Shown here: one piece after another, positions 28,618 through 37,362 of the stretch
Numbering within the stretch: position 1 is the stretch's first letter
How the letters are laid out: each line of letters opens with the position of its first letter
Source: an uncultured Chthonomonas sp.
GTDB taxonomy: Bacteria; Armatimonadota; Chthonomonadetes; Chthonomonadales; CAJBBX01
Assembly (NCBI GenBank): GCA_903885605.1
Contig: CAISJD010000192.1
Location: 1,063-65,062 of the forward strand
Length of the DNA stretch: 64,000 nucleotides
Direction: 5' to 3'
Notes under the pieces: model-generated
Database searches by the model: none
Told to the model about the DNA's origin: nothing
Seen by the model: the letters and a program-made list of their open reading frames with translations, nothing else
Made by a program: the position numbers and the translations under genes

Positions 28618-28932
28618 CTAGGAGCGCTGCCAGATCAGCAGAGCATCGCTCCAGTCTCCCCAGCCATCCGGCGGCCGGACCTTCTGGTCCTCCTCGGGAC
28701 GTATCATGGCGATCCCGAAGCCGATCGGAATGCCGTGCGCGGGTACGCTCCCGAAGTAGAAGGCCGTGGCCTCGCCGTCGTGGGTAGGCAGTACCGTGCC
28801 GGCGACCTCCACCAGCCGGACCTGGTCGTCGGCAGGGAACAGGTAGATGCGCTGGAGGTCTGGATCCGCTTCCTGGTGGTATCTCACCAGTCGGGAGGCG
28901 GCTTCGGCTATGCTGGGTGTGGCTGTGACCAT
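28618..28932 (-). CDS. hypothetical small protein (104 aa)
   Basis: AGGGGGA SD 5 nt before ATG 28932. Balanced composition. No family recognised. Tightly coupled to the HEPN-like gene. Confidence 0.4.
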   Translation of the reverse strand: MVTATPSIAEAASRLVRYHQEADPDLQRIYLFPADDQVRLVEVAGTVLPTHDGEATAFYFGSVPAHGIPIGFGIAMIRPEEDQKVRPPDGWGDWSDALLIWQRS

Positions 28933-28959
28933 GGGGTTCCCCCTGTTCGGGCCGCCCGG

Positions 28960-29409
28960 CTACTCCATGCCCTCGCTGGCGGCCTCCGGAGCCTTGCGCC
29001 CCTCGCCCACGCCGTCGTCCGGCGGTCCGGCCACGGCCGGCGTCTGCCTGAATCCGGGTTGGCGCTGCGTCTCGGTCCGCCGTTGCCCGGGTTGCGCCAT
29101 GGGCCCGGCGCCGCCCGGCACCACCGTGGGACCGGAGGGCTTGCCCACGGTGACCTGCTTGGGCGTCGTGACGTCGAGCGTGTTGGAGCCCTGCTTCTTT
29201 ATCTCAGCGACCTGGTAGAGCATGAAGCCGATGAGCGAGGCGAAGATCACCACCACCAGCGCCACAATCCGGGTGTTCTCGGCGCGGCGCAACTGGGCGG
29301 GCGTGGGCCCGCGCCGCTTGCGGCGTGACGCGCTTTCGGAGCGGATGATCAGGCCTGCGTCGCCCTGACCGGCGTCGCCTTCGGTGTTGTCGTCGAGATC
29401 GATGCGCAT
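28960..29409 (-). CDS. hypothetical single-pass membrane protein
   Basis: Acidic N-terminus, basic stretch RRKRRG, then TM helix IVALVVVIFASLIGFMLY, then a P/G-rich tail. First gene of a three-gene minus-strand cassette. Confidence 0.4.
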   Translation of the reverse strand: MRIDLDDNTEGDAGQGDAGLIIRSESASRRKRRGPTPAQLRRAENTRIVALVVVIFASLIGFMLYQVAEIKKQGSNTLDVTTPKQVTVGKPSGPTVVPGGAGPMAQPGQRRTETQRQPGFRQTPAVAGPPDDGVGEGRKAPEAASEGME

Positions 29410-29504
29410 GGGACTTCCCCCGGGGCTCGCCCCGGCGGGGCGGGTGTCGCTCGGGTAGAGTATACCAACCTTGGCCTCCGACGGGGCCGACGCAGGAGGC
29501 GTGG

Positions 29505-30227
29505 GTGAAGCAGCCCCTTATAGGTATCTCGTGCAGCGTGTTCGCCAACGACGCAGGCCAACCGGCCGGCGACCGGCTCGTGTGGGCCTACGCCCGGGCC
29601 GTGGCCGCGGCGGGCGGCGTCCCGGTCCTGCTGCCCAACCTCGCTGTCGACTTCGAAGCGCTCATGCAGCGGCTCGACGGCCTGCTCCTCGCCGGCGGAG
29701 AGGACATCTGCCCGGAGCGGTACGGCGAGGCCGAACGCCACCCGAAGGTGGTGGTGACGCCGGCGCGCGACGACCTGGAAATCCCGCTGGCCCGACTGGC
29801 GGTGGAGCGGGGCCTCCCCGTGCTCGGCATCTGCCGCGGCATCCAGCTCCTCAACGTGGCGCTGGGCGGCACGCTCTACCAGGACCTGCCGGACCAGCGT
29901 CCGTCGGCCGTCGCCCACCGGCAGGCCGATGCCCGGCACCTCGGCACGCACGCCTTCGTTCCTGAGGCGGACAGCCGCCTGGCGGCCCTGATCGGCCCAG
30001 AGCCGCTCCGGGTGAACACGTTCCACCACCAGGCCGTGCGGGACGTGGCTCCGGGCCTGGTGGTCTGCGCCCGGGCCGAGGACGGCCTCATCGAGGCGGT
30101 GGAGACCACAGACGGACGTGTGGTGGCCGTGCAGTACCACCCCGAGGACATGGCGCCGGTCTGCCCGCGGTCGGCGGCGCTCTTCGCCGGGTTGATCGCG
30201 ACGTGCCGCGAGGAGGGTAGACGCTGA
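29505..30227 (+). CDS. class I glutamine amidotransferase / peptidase C26 (gamma-glutamyl-GABA hydrolase-like)
   Basis: GTG 29505 lies 5 nt after CAGGAGG. Nucleophile elbow GICRGIQLLNVALGGTLYQDL, with later His/Glu region VQYHPE. Confidence 0.8.
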   Translation: MKQPLIGISCSVFANDAGQPAGDRLVWAYARAVAAAGGVPVLLPNLAVDFEALMQRLDGLLLAGGEDICPERYGEAERHPKVVVTPARDDLEIPLARLAVERGLPVLGICRGIQLLNVALGGTLYQDLPDQRPSAVAHRQADARHLGTHAFVPEADSRLAALIGPEPLRVNTFHHQAVRDVAPGLVVCARAEDGLIEAVETTDGRVVAVQYHPEDMAPVCPRSAALFAGLIATCREEGRR

Positions 30228-31171
30228 TGGCGACGCAGGCGCTGCGGCTTCGGCCGAAGGTGAAGAACGTGGTCTGGGGCGGCGACTGGCTGCTGACGGC
30301 GCTGGGGCGCACACCTGAGGCCCCCGGCCCCGTGGGCGAGAGCTGGGAGGCCTGGTCGGGCTCCGAACTCCTCAACGGCCCCGACGCCGGCGCCACGCTG
30401 GGCGACCTATTCGCCGCCGGGCGCCGCGACCTCTTCGGCCCAACCGTGGACCGCTACCCGCGCTTCCCGCTCCTCGTGAAGTTCATCGACGCCCGCGAGA
30501 ACCTCTCGGTGCAGGTGCATCCCACCGATGCGCTGGCCATGGAGCTGGAGCGGCACCCCTTCGGCAAGACCGAGTTCTGGTACATCGTCGCCGCCGAGCC
30601 GGGCGCTGAGATCCTCTACGGCCTGGCGGATCGCGAGCTGACCGCCGAGGCCCTTGCCGACGCAGTGGCCGGTAACGATGCCGCCTCGGTCTGCTCCAGG
30701 GTTCCAGTGCGGGCCGGCGACGTGGTGGATATCCCCGCCGGAACGGTGCACGCCCTCACCGCCGGCGTCGTGGTCTATGAACTGCAGCAGGACTCGGACA
30801 TCACCTACCGCCTCTACGACTGGGGGCGTGTGGGCCGCGAAATCCACATCGAGAAGGGGCTCGCCTGCATCGATCCGGCGCGCAAGGGGCTGCGCGTGGG
30901 GCGCCCGGAACCGCAGGGCGACGGCCCACTCCGGCGTGCGCCGCTGCCCTCCAGCCACGTCTTCGGCTCGGAGCTGCTGGAGGTGGCCGGTGCCGTGGAC
31001 CTGGCGCCCGCTGCCGACGGCTTCGCCCTGCTCAGCGTGGTGGACGGCTCGGGAGGCCTCGACGGCGAGCCATTGGCCATGGGCGACACCGCGCTCCTGC
31101 CGCCTGGCCATGTCGCGCATCTGGAGCCCGGACCAGCGGGTCTGCGCTTGGTTCGCGGCTGGGCGCTCTGA
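30227..31171 (+). CDS. manA: type I mannose-6-phosphate isomerase
   Basis: WGG..L, FPLLVKFIDARENLSVQVHPTD, KTEFWYIV and AGTVHAL are class I PMI metal-site motifs. The ATG overlaps the upstream stop (TGATG). Confidence 0.75.
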   Translation: MATQALRLRPKVKNVVWGGDWLLTALGRTPEAPGPVGESWEAWSGSELLNGPDAGATLGDLFAAGRRDLFGPTVDRYPRFPLLVKFIDARENLSVQVHPTDALAMELERHPFGKTEFWYIVAAEPGAEILYGLADRELTAEALADAVAGNDAASVCSRVPVRAGDVVDIPAGTVHALTAGVVVYELQQDSDITYRLYDWGRVGREIHIEKGLACIDPARKGLRVGRPEPQGDGPLRRAPLPSSHVFGSELLEVAGAVDLAPAADGFALLSVVDGSGGLDGEPLAMGDTALLPPGHVAHLEPGPAGLRLVRGWAL

Positions 31172-31193
31172 GCGCGCAGGAAGGATAGCCGCC

Positions 31194-32540
31194 ATGCCCG
31201 TTCGCAGGCTCCGCCGCATCCTGCAGCCCTTCCAGCAGTTCGTCCGCATCGAGGCGTTCAGCGGCATCGTGCTGCTCGCGGCCACGGTGGCGGCGCTGGC
31301 CTGGGCGAACTCGCCCGCGGTGGGCCTCTACCATCGCCTGCTCGACCTGGAGATCGTCGCCGGCGCGGGCCCGCTCCGCCTCGCCAAGCCGCTCCACCTC
31401 TGGGTGAACGACGGCCTCATGGCCGTCTTCTTCTTCGTGGTGGGACTGGAGATCAAGCGCGAGGTCATGGGCGGCGAGCTGGCCACGCCCCGCAAGGCGG
31501 CGCTGCCGGTGGCGGCGGCGCTGGGCGGGATGGTGGTCCCGGCGCTGATCTACGTCTCATGCAACCTCGGCGTGCCGGAGGTGCGCGGCTGGGGCGTGCC
31601 CATGGCCACCGACATCGCCTTCGCGCTGGGCGTGCTGACCCTCGCCGGTCCGCGCGTCCCCTTCGCGCTGAAGGTCTTCCTGACCGCGCTGGCCATCGTC
31701 GACGACATCGGGGCCGTGGCCGTGATCGCCCTCTTCTACAGCCACGGCATCTCGCTGCCGGTGCTGCTGGCGGGCGTTGGGCTACTGGGCCTCTCGTTGG
31801 CCGCCAACCGGGCCGGGGTGCGGAGCCCATTGGCCTACACGCTCATCGGCATCGCGGCGTGGCTGGCCTTCCTGCAGTCGGGCGTCCACGCCACTGTGGC
31901 GGGCGTCCTGCTGGCCTTCACGGTGCCTGCCTCCACGCGCATCGACCGAGGGGACTTCCGCGACCGCGTCTCCGAGAGCCTGGCCGAACTGGGGCGCGGC
32001 GGCTCGACCGGCCCGGGGCTCGACACGCGGGAGCAGGCCGCCGTCTACGCCCTGGAGCGCGCCTGTGAGGAGGTCCAGACCCCCCTGCAGCGGATGCAGC
32101 ACGCGCTGCACCCCTGGGTCTCCTACGGCATCATGCCGCTCTTCGCGCTGGCCAACGCCGGGGTCTCCTTCGCGGGCCTTGACGCCTCGGGCCATGCGGG
32201 GGTGCCGCTGGGCGTCATCCTGGGCCTGCTGCTCGGGAAACCCATCGGCATCACGCTCTTCTCCTGGCTGGCGGCGCGGCTCCGGGTGGCCGAGCTACCC
32301 GCCGACGTGACGTGGATGCAGCTCCACGCCGCGGGCTGGCTGGGCGGTATCGGCTTCACCATGGCGGTCTTCATCGCGGGGCTCGCGTTCGCCGATGCGG
32401 CCCTGCTGGCCACGGCCAAGGTGGCGATCCTCTGCGCCTCGACCCTGGCGGGCGTCGTGGGCTTCACATTGGTCCGCCGGGCCGGCGGCTCCGGTACGAT
32501 CGCGGCCGACCCGGCAGAAGCCGATCCTACGGCACCGTAA
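31194..32540 (+). CDS. nhaA: Na+/H+ antiporter NhaA
   Basis: FVRIEAFSGIVLLAATVAALAWANS, LWVNDGLMAVFFFVVGLEIKRE and the MATDIAFALGVL..ALAIVDDIGAV signature. AGGAAGGA precedes ATG 31194. The track ORF extension from 30654 overlaps manA. Confidence 0.9.
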   Translation: MPVRRLRRILQPFQQFVRIEAFSGIVLLAATVAALAWANSPAVGLYHRLLDLEIVAGAGPLRLAKPLHLWVNDGLMAVFFFVVGLEIKREVMGGELATPRKAALPVAAALGGMVVPALIYVSCNLGVPEVRGWGVPMATDIAFALGVLTLAGPRVPFALKVFLTALAIVDDIGAVAVIALFYSHGISLPVLLAGVGLLGLSLAANRAGVRSPLAYTLIGIAAWLAFLQSGVHATVAGVLLAFTVPASTRIDRGDFRDRVSESLAELGRGGSTGPGLDTREQAAVYALERACEEVQTPLQRMQHALHPWVSYGIMPLFALANAGVSFAGLDASGHAGVPLGVILGLLLGKPIGITLFSWLAARLRVAELPADVTWMQLHAAGWLGGIGFTMAVFIAGLAFADAALLATAKVAILCASTLAGVVGFTLVRRAGGSGTIAADPAEADPTAP

Positions 32541-35127
32541 GCGTCGAGCTGAAGGAACTGGCGCCAGACTCGGTATCGCCACGGAACTCCGAGAGGATGG
32601 AGTGGGTGCCCGAAAGCGTCCCCGGCGGCACAGTGTAGAGGTATGAGGCGCAGCCTGACGCCTCCGTGACGGCCTGCCCCACCTCCACGCCGTCCACGCT
32701 GAAGGCGAGGGTCTTGCCCGCCAGCCAGGCGTAGTCCGGTAGCCGCCGCAGGTAGCCCCGCAGGTAGGTGCGCTGTCCCGGTCCGGCAGTGCGGTCGATG
32801 GACCAGAGCACGGTGGCACCCTTGGTCACGCGGAGAACGGCAGAACCGGAGCAACCCGCGAAGCCGCCGTCGCCGGCAAAGGTCACCGTCAGCGCATGGT
32901 CGCTGACGCCTTGGGTGGCTATGATCGGCAGCATCGCATGACCGACGGCGTCCGTGACGGCAGACCCGGCGGAGGTCCCGTCAATGGAGAACTCCAGCGA
33001 CTTACCCGGCAGCCAGGTCCGGTCCACTCCATTGCGGAGGTAGCCGCGCAGGTAGACCGGGTAGCCGAGCCGGGCCTCACGATCAGGCGCGTACATGATG
33101 GAGGGCAGGAGCCCCATGTTCAGCCGCATGATGAAGCCGTCGCCGTTGCCCTGGTTCAGGCTGCTGTAGCAGACCGCCGTCGTGGGGAAAGGCTTCGATG
33201 TGGTGCTTCCCGCCACGTAGAGCCGGCCGGCGACGCCCAGCGCCATGCTGTAAGCCGTGTCGTTGCCGGCGCCGCCGAGGTAGCTGGCAAAGGTGGCCCC
33301 GGCACCCACCGGGCTGTAGCGCATGAGGTAGGCATCACCGGTGTTGGCGACGTTGGTCGACTTCACGGCGTCCACGGACACGGGCATGTCAGCGGATGTG
33401 GTGGTGCCCAGCACGCAGACCATGCCCGTGCCGTCGATCTCCACGGCGACCGCCCGGTCGGTCTTGGCGCCGCCGACGATGGATCCAAAGAGAAGGGTCG
33501 AACCGTCGGCGCTGAAGAGGGAGGTGAACCCGTCGATACCGGCGCCCGGGTGCTGGTAGACGCCAGCCGTGGTCGGCGCCGACGCCAGCGTGGTGCTGCC
33601 GCAAGCCAGGAGCCGGCCCGCGCCGTCCACGGCAATGCCTGCGACCTCCTCGGACCCTTGGCCCCCGTAAAGCGATGCCCACTGCACCGAGCCGCCAGGG
33701 CTCATGCGCGCCACGAACCCCTCGAAGAATCCGCTCACGCCGACGTAGTCAGGCTGGAAACAGCCTACCGTGGTCGGGAAGTCATCCGAGTTGGTCCAGC
33801 CACCGAGGTATGGGTCGCCTCCCGGCCCAATGGTGATACAGGTGGCTGCACTGTTGAGTCGGCAGTTGAACTCGTGCCGCCATAGAACAGCGCTGCCGTC
33901 CGTGGCGAACTCCAGCACGTTGGCCTGCAACCGTACCCCTCCGTTCACGAGGTACTGGAAGCTGCCCGCGGCATAGAGGCGGCCGTCGGACGAGAGGGCC
34001 ACCCCGGCAATGGTGTCGGTGTAGGCGCCTCCCCATAGGGTGCAAAAGTCAAGAGCCGTGCCGTCGGCATTCAGCCGCGCCACGAAGCCGTCTGCATTGC
34101 CGGCCGCGGCCGTCTGGTAGGCGCCCGAGGTCGTCGGGAAGTCCCCGGAGAGCGTCTCGCCGCAGACGATGGCCCGACCTGAGCTGTCCAGCGCCAGACC
34201 ATAGGGCTCGTCGTCACTGGAGCCGCCTAGGTAAGTTGAGTAGACCAGCGCGTTGCCGGCGGCGTTGAGCTTGGTGACGGCGACGTTGTAGCCGGTCCCG
34301 GCCGTCGTATCGAAGGAGCCTGGGGTGGTCGGGTAGGTCGGCGAGTTGGTCCAGACCGCCACGACCATGGAGCCATCGGCGGCTACCTTGATGGCCTTGA
34401 CGACATCACGGGTCGGAGCCCCGATGAGGGTGGCGTACTCGACGACAGGGTCGATCACCAACGTCCGCGATGGGTCGTAGGCCGCCACACGGAAGGTCAC
34501 CCGAGCAGGAAGGCCTCGGCGGGCGGGCGTCAGCGCGTAGGACGCGGCCACGGTTTTGCGGTGGCCAGCCGCGATCTGGTAGGCCACCGGCGCCCGAAGC
34601 GTGATGACTCCGAGGCCCGTGCCGATCTCCAGGGCGCCGCCTCGCAGTCGCGCACCGTCCGCCCCTTCCAAGGCCAGCGAGATGCGTGACGGGTCGGCGC
34701 CCGGCCGCAGAACGAAGTCATGCTCGATCCCGCCGTTGGGTAGCCCGTAGTAGACCAGATCGGTGCGCGGGTAGACCTCTCTCGCGCGCACCGCACTGTA
34801 GGTGGGCAACCCCGTGCGCCACGCCCGCCGGTCGCGGCCCAGCAGGTAGCTGACCTTTCCCTCGGTGCGCTCTTGCCCGCGGACCTCAGCCCGGGCGTTG
34901 GCGCCCTGCAGGCGTATGCGGACGGCGGCGCCGGAGCCTCCGCGCGTAGCGGCCACCGCCAGGTGGTCGGAGCCGATGAAGAGCGTTGCCGAGCCTGCCC
35001 GAGCCAGGAACCGTGCCTGCGGGGCGGCTTGCCCGGCATTTGGCTCGAACGTGATCGGCGGCCCCGCGTTCGCACACATGGGGGCTAGAGCTAGCAACCA
35101 CGTCGAAGTGTAGAGCATCTGACGCAT
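32527..35127 (-). CDS. secreted SBBP beta-propeller repeat protein with two C-terminal Ig-like domains
   Basis: GGAGG before ATG 35127. Signal MRQMLYTSTWLLALAPMCANA. N-terminal FEPNAGQ...ARFLARAG domain. Repeated SBBP pattern (YSTYLGGSSDDEPYGLALDSSGRAIVCGETLSGDFPTT, and others). The C-terminal two copies of L.GYLRR.....WL.GK.L.FS.DG...G.AVT...G.A are homologous to the tail of the giant protein. Confidence 0.7.
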   Translation of the reverse strand: MRQMLYTSTWLLALAPMCANAGPPITFEPNAGQAAPQARFLARAGSATLFIGSDHLAVAATRGGSGAAVRIRLQGANARAEVRGQERTEGKVSYLLGRDRRAWRTGLPTYSAVRAREVYPRTDLVYYGLPNGGIEHDFVLRPGADPSRISLALEGADGARLRGGALEIGTGLGVITLRAPVAYQIAAGHRKTVAASYALTPARRGLPARVTFRVAAYDPSRTLVIDPVVEYATLIGAPTRDVVKAIKVAADGSMVVAVWTNSPTYPTTPGSFDTTAGTGYNVAVTKLNAAGNALVYSTYLGGSSDDEPYGLALDSSGRAIVCGETLSGDFPTTSGAYQTAAAGNADGFVARLNADGTALDFCTLWGGAYTDTIAGVALSSDGRLYAAGSFQYLVNGGVRLQANVLEFATDGSAVLWRHEFNCRLNSAATCITIGPGGDPYLGGWTNSDDFPTTVGCFQPDYVGVSGFFEGFVARMSPGGSVQWASLYGGQGSEEVAGIAVDGAGRLLACGSTTLASAPTTAGVYQHPGAGIDGFTSLFSADGSTLLFGSIVGGAKTDRAVAVEIDGTGMVCVLGTTTSADMPVSVDAVKSTNVANTGDAYLMRYSPVGAGATFASYLGGAGNDTAYSMALGVAGRLYVAGSTTSKPFPTTAVCYSSLNQGNGDGFIMRLNMGLLPSIMYAPDREARLGYPVYLRGYLRNGVDRTWLPGKSLEFSIDGTSAGSAVTDAVGHAMLPIIATQGVSDHALTVTFAGDGGFAGCSGSAVLRVTKGATVLWSIDRTAGPGQRTYLRGYLRRLPDYAWLAGKTLAFSVDGVEVGQAVTEASGCASYLYTVPPGTLSGTHSILSEFRGDTESGASSFSSTLTVP

Positions 35128-35320
35128 GGTGACCTCCATCAGACCAAAGGTCCGCGACGGCGATCCGTCGGGCACTGGAGTAGTAAGCAAACACCGCGCG
35201 GACTGTTCACAATGCCCTACCGCGGCGCCATGCCATGCTACGTGCAACCCCTCAATGGCGCAAGGTGGAGGATGGCCCATGGCTGGGCGGCCCCAGGTAC
35301 GCAGGAGCCAGGAGCCAGAC

Positions 35321-37279
35321 ATGGAATATGCAGTCGGCTCGCGCGTCTACAGAGCGGGAGGACGGTACAGCGTGACGGATGCGGAACTGGTCGGGCGGGC
35401 GCTGGCAGGTGAGGTGGACGCGTACAGCTTACTCGTTACTCGTCACCAGGCCGCGGTGGCCCGGGTATGCCGGGGCCTCTGCGGCTCGGACCCCGATGCC
35501 GATGAGCTGGCGCACGACGCGCTGGTCGATGGCTTCCTGAAGCTGCCGCACCTCCGCGCGCCGGAGCGGTTCGGGGCATGGATCCGGACCGTGGCGCTCA
35601 ACCGGTGCCGGCAGTGGCACCGCGAAAGGGCGAGGCTGACGCCGCTGACCGAGGAGGCCGCCGACGCCCTCGTGGCCCCGGCGGACGATCCATTGGACCA
35701 CACCGCCCTGGCACACGCGGTCTTCGCGCTGTCGCCCGCCCACCGGCTCGTCCTGATCCTCCACTACTGGGAGGGGCTCCCATACGCCGACATCGCCGCA
35801 TTCACGGCCCTGCCCATCGGCACGGTGATGAGCCGGCTCCATCGCGCACGAGCCAATGTGAGGAAGGCAATGGAAACAATGGACGCGAGCTTCACACCGA
35901 CCGCCACGCCGGACCTCCGGTGCGAGGTGGACGCTGAGATCCGGCTGATGCTCTCGATGGTGGAGAAGGAGCCGGCCCTGCGCGGCCGACTGGCTGTCCT
36001 GCTGGCCCGGTCTCCGAGCCGCTTCTCGGACCTGATCCGCGGGGCCGACGCGGCCGGGGCGCGGGATGTGGCGCTACTCCTGCCGAGGCTCGGCGCCGGG
36101 GCGGCGGACCGGCTGCTGGACTGGTCGACGAGCGCGGAGGACGCCCTGCGCCAGGGCTCACTGGCGGCGCTTCGGGCGGTGGCCTCGACCCCGGCGCAGG
36201 TGGCCGAGCGGTCGGGCACGGCGCGCGTGGCCTCGCGGGCGCTCTATCTGGTGGTGGAACGTATCCTCGTCGCGCAAGACGATGACCCCTCCCGACGCGC
36301 GGGGCTGTTGCTCGACCTCCTGGGCCAGGCGGGCAAGGACGACCGGGCCGCCCTGCTTCTCACCGGCGCGCTGGTGAGCCTGGGCGAGCCCGCGCTCGAC
36401 GCACTCGTCAGAGCTATGGCTCCGCTTCGCACCGCCAGGGAGCTGCACGGCTGCGGCGACACGCTCTACGCCGCCTGCCGGTTCGGGTCGCGGTTCGGCG
36501 CGCAACTGGCTCCGTCGCTGCATGGAGATGGGCCGCTGGCCGTGCCGGTGGGCGTTGCCGCGGCCGAGGGGCTGGGCCGGGCGCTGCGGATGTGGTCCGA
36601 CATCGGGAAGCCGGACGAAGCGGGACGCCGCGCCGACTGCCGCCACCGCCGGAAGTGGGCGCCCCCCGCCGAGGCCGACCGTTCGCCCGCGGCGCTTGCC
36701 GGGCTGGCCGATGCGTTGGCGGCGCACGCCGCTGGACCTGCGGGCGAGGACCGGCAACGGGCCATACGCGCGCTGGGCATGCTGCCGGTGACCGAGGGGC
36801 TCGACGCGCTTCTCGCCGCCACCCGTTCCGACTGCCCGCGCACGCGGCTGACCGCTATCCGCGCCCTGGGCGACCGAGCCGACGCAGCCGCGGAGCCGCG
36901 CCTGGCCGAGCTTGCGGAGGGCGCATCCGGCGACGAGCGGGCGGCGGCGCTTCAGGCGATGGGCGGGCTACGCAACCGCGGTGCGGCCGGGACGCCGGCG
37001 CCGGCTGTCGGGTTCCGCATGGCCGATCTGGTGCGCGACGGCGCCCAGCCCGCCGGCAACGTATCGGTGGAGGTGGCACTGGCGGCCATCGGCGAGGACC
37101 GGGAGTACGACGAGCCCGAGGTCACCCGCGTCATCGCCTCGGCCTGCTGGGACTACTCCACCGTGCGCCGGTACCTGATCGAGGAGGGGCTGATGCAGCG
37201 CACCCGCGGCCGTTACACGTTCACCGAGGCCGGCCGGATCGCATGGAGGGTGGAGCGCGCCATCGCTGCGGCGCCATAG
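35321..37279 (+). CDS. ECF-type sigma-70 factor fused to a long HEAT-repeat-like C-terminal extension
   Basis: AGGAG x2 before ATG 35321. Region 2 (DELAHDALVDGFLKL....FGAWIRTVALNRCRQWHRE) and region 4 (LSPAHRLVLILHYWEGLPYADIAAFTALPIGTVMSRLHRARANVRKAM). These are followed by ~460 aa in the same frame with HEAT-like repeats (AIRALGML...; RLTAIRALGDRADAAAEPRLAELA) and a wHTH-like end (YLIEEGLMQRTRGRYTFTEAG). No TM segment. Confidence 0.7.
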   Translation: MEYAVGSRVYRAGGRYSVTDAELVGRALAGEVDAYSLLVTRHQAAVARVCRGLCGSDPDADELAHDALVDGFLKLPHLRAPERFGAWIRTVALNRCRQWHRERARLTPLTEEAADALVAPADDPLDHTALAHAVFALSPAHRLVLILHYWEGLPYADIAAFTALPIGTVMSRLHRARANVRKAMETMDASFTPTATPDLRCEVDAEIRLMLSMVEKEPALRGRLAVLLARSPSRFSDLIRGADAAGARDVALLLPRLGAGAADRLLDWSTSAEDALRQGSLAALRAVASTPAQVAERSGTARVASRALYLVVERILVAQDDDPSRRAGLLLDLLGQAGKDDRAALLLTGALVSLGEPALDALVRAMAPLRTARELHGCGDTLYAACRFGSRFGAQLAPSLHGDGPLAVPVGVAAAEGLGRALRMWSDIGKPDEAGRRADCRHRRKWAPPAEADRSPAALAGLADALAAHAAGPAGEDRQRAIRALGMLPVTEGLDALLAATRSDCPRTRLTAIRALGDRADAAAEPRLAELAEGASGDERAAALQAMGGLRNRGAAGTPAPAVGFRMADLVRDGAQPAGNVSVEVALAAIGEDREYDEPEVTRVIASACWDYSTVRRYLIEEGLMQRTRGRYTFTEAGRIAWRVERAIAAAP

Positions 37280-37362
37280 GGTAACCTCCCGGCATGGGAT
37301 GGTCGGGGGCCTGCCGTTCGGGGCGAGGCCGAGGCCCGGCCCGTAACCGTGGAGGAGGGACG

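Noticed and set aside
30654-31193. Upstream extension of the nhaA ORF. Similar extensions occur at 42744..42926, 25762..26234, 35128..35322, 35126..35320 and 46874..47143.
   Set aside because: Each extension overlaps the preceding well-supported gene or the divergent gene. Each internal start has an SD and begins the recognisable domain or signal peptide.
32527-32540. 14-bp convergent overlap of the nhaA and SBBP-protein 3' ends
   Set aside because: Both stops are unambiguous. Short convergent overlaps are common in compact genomes, and there is no sign of a functional element.
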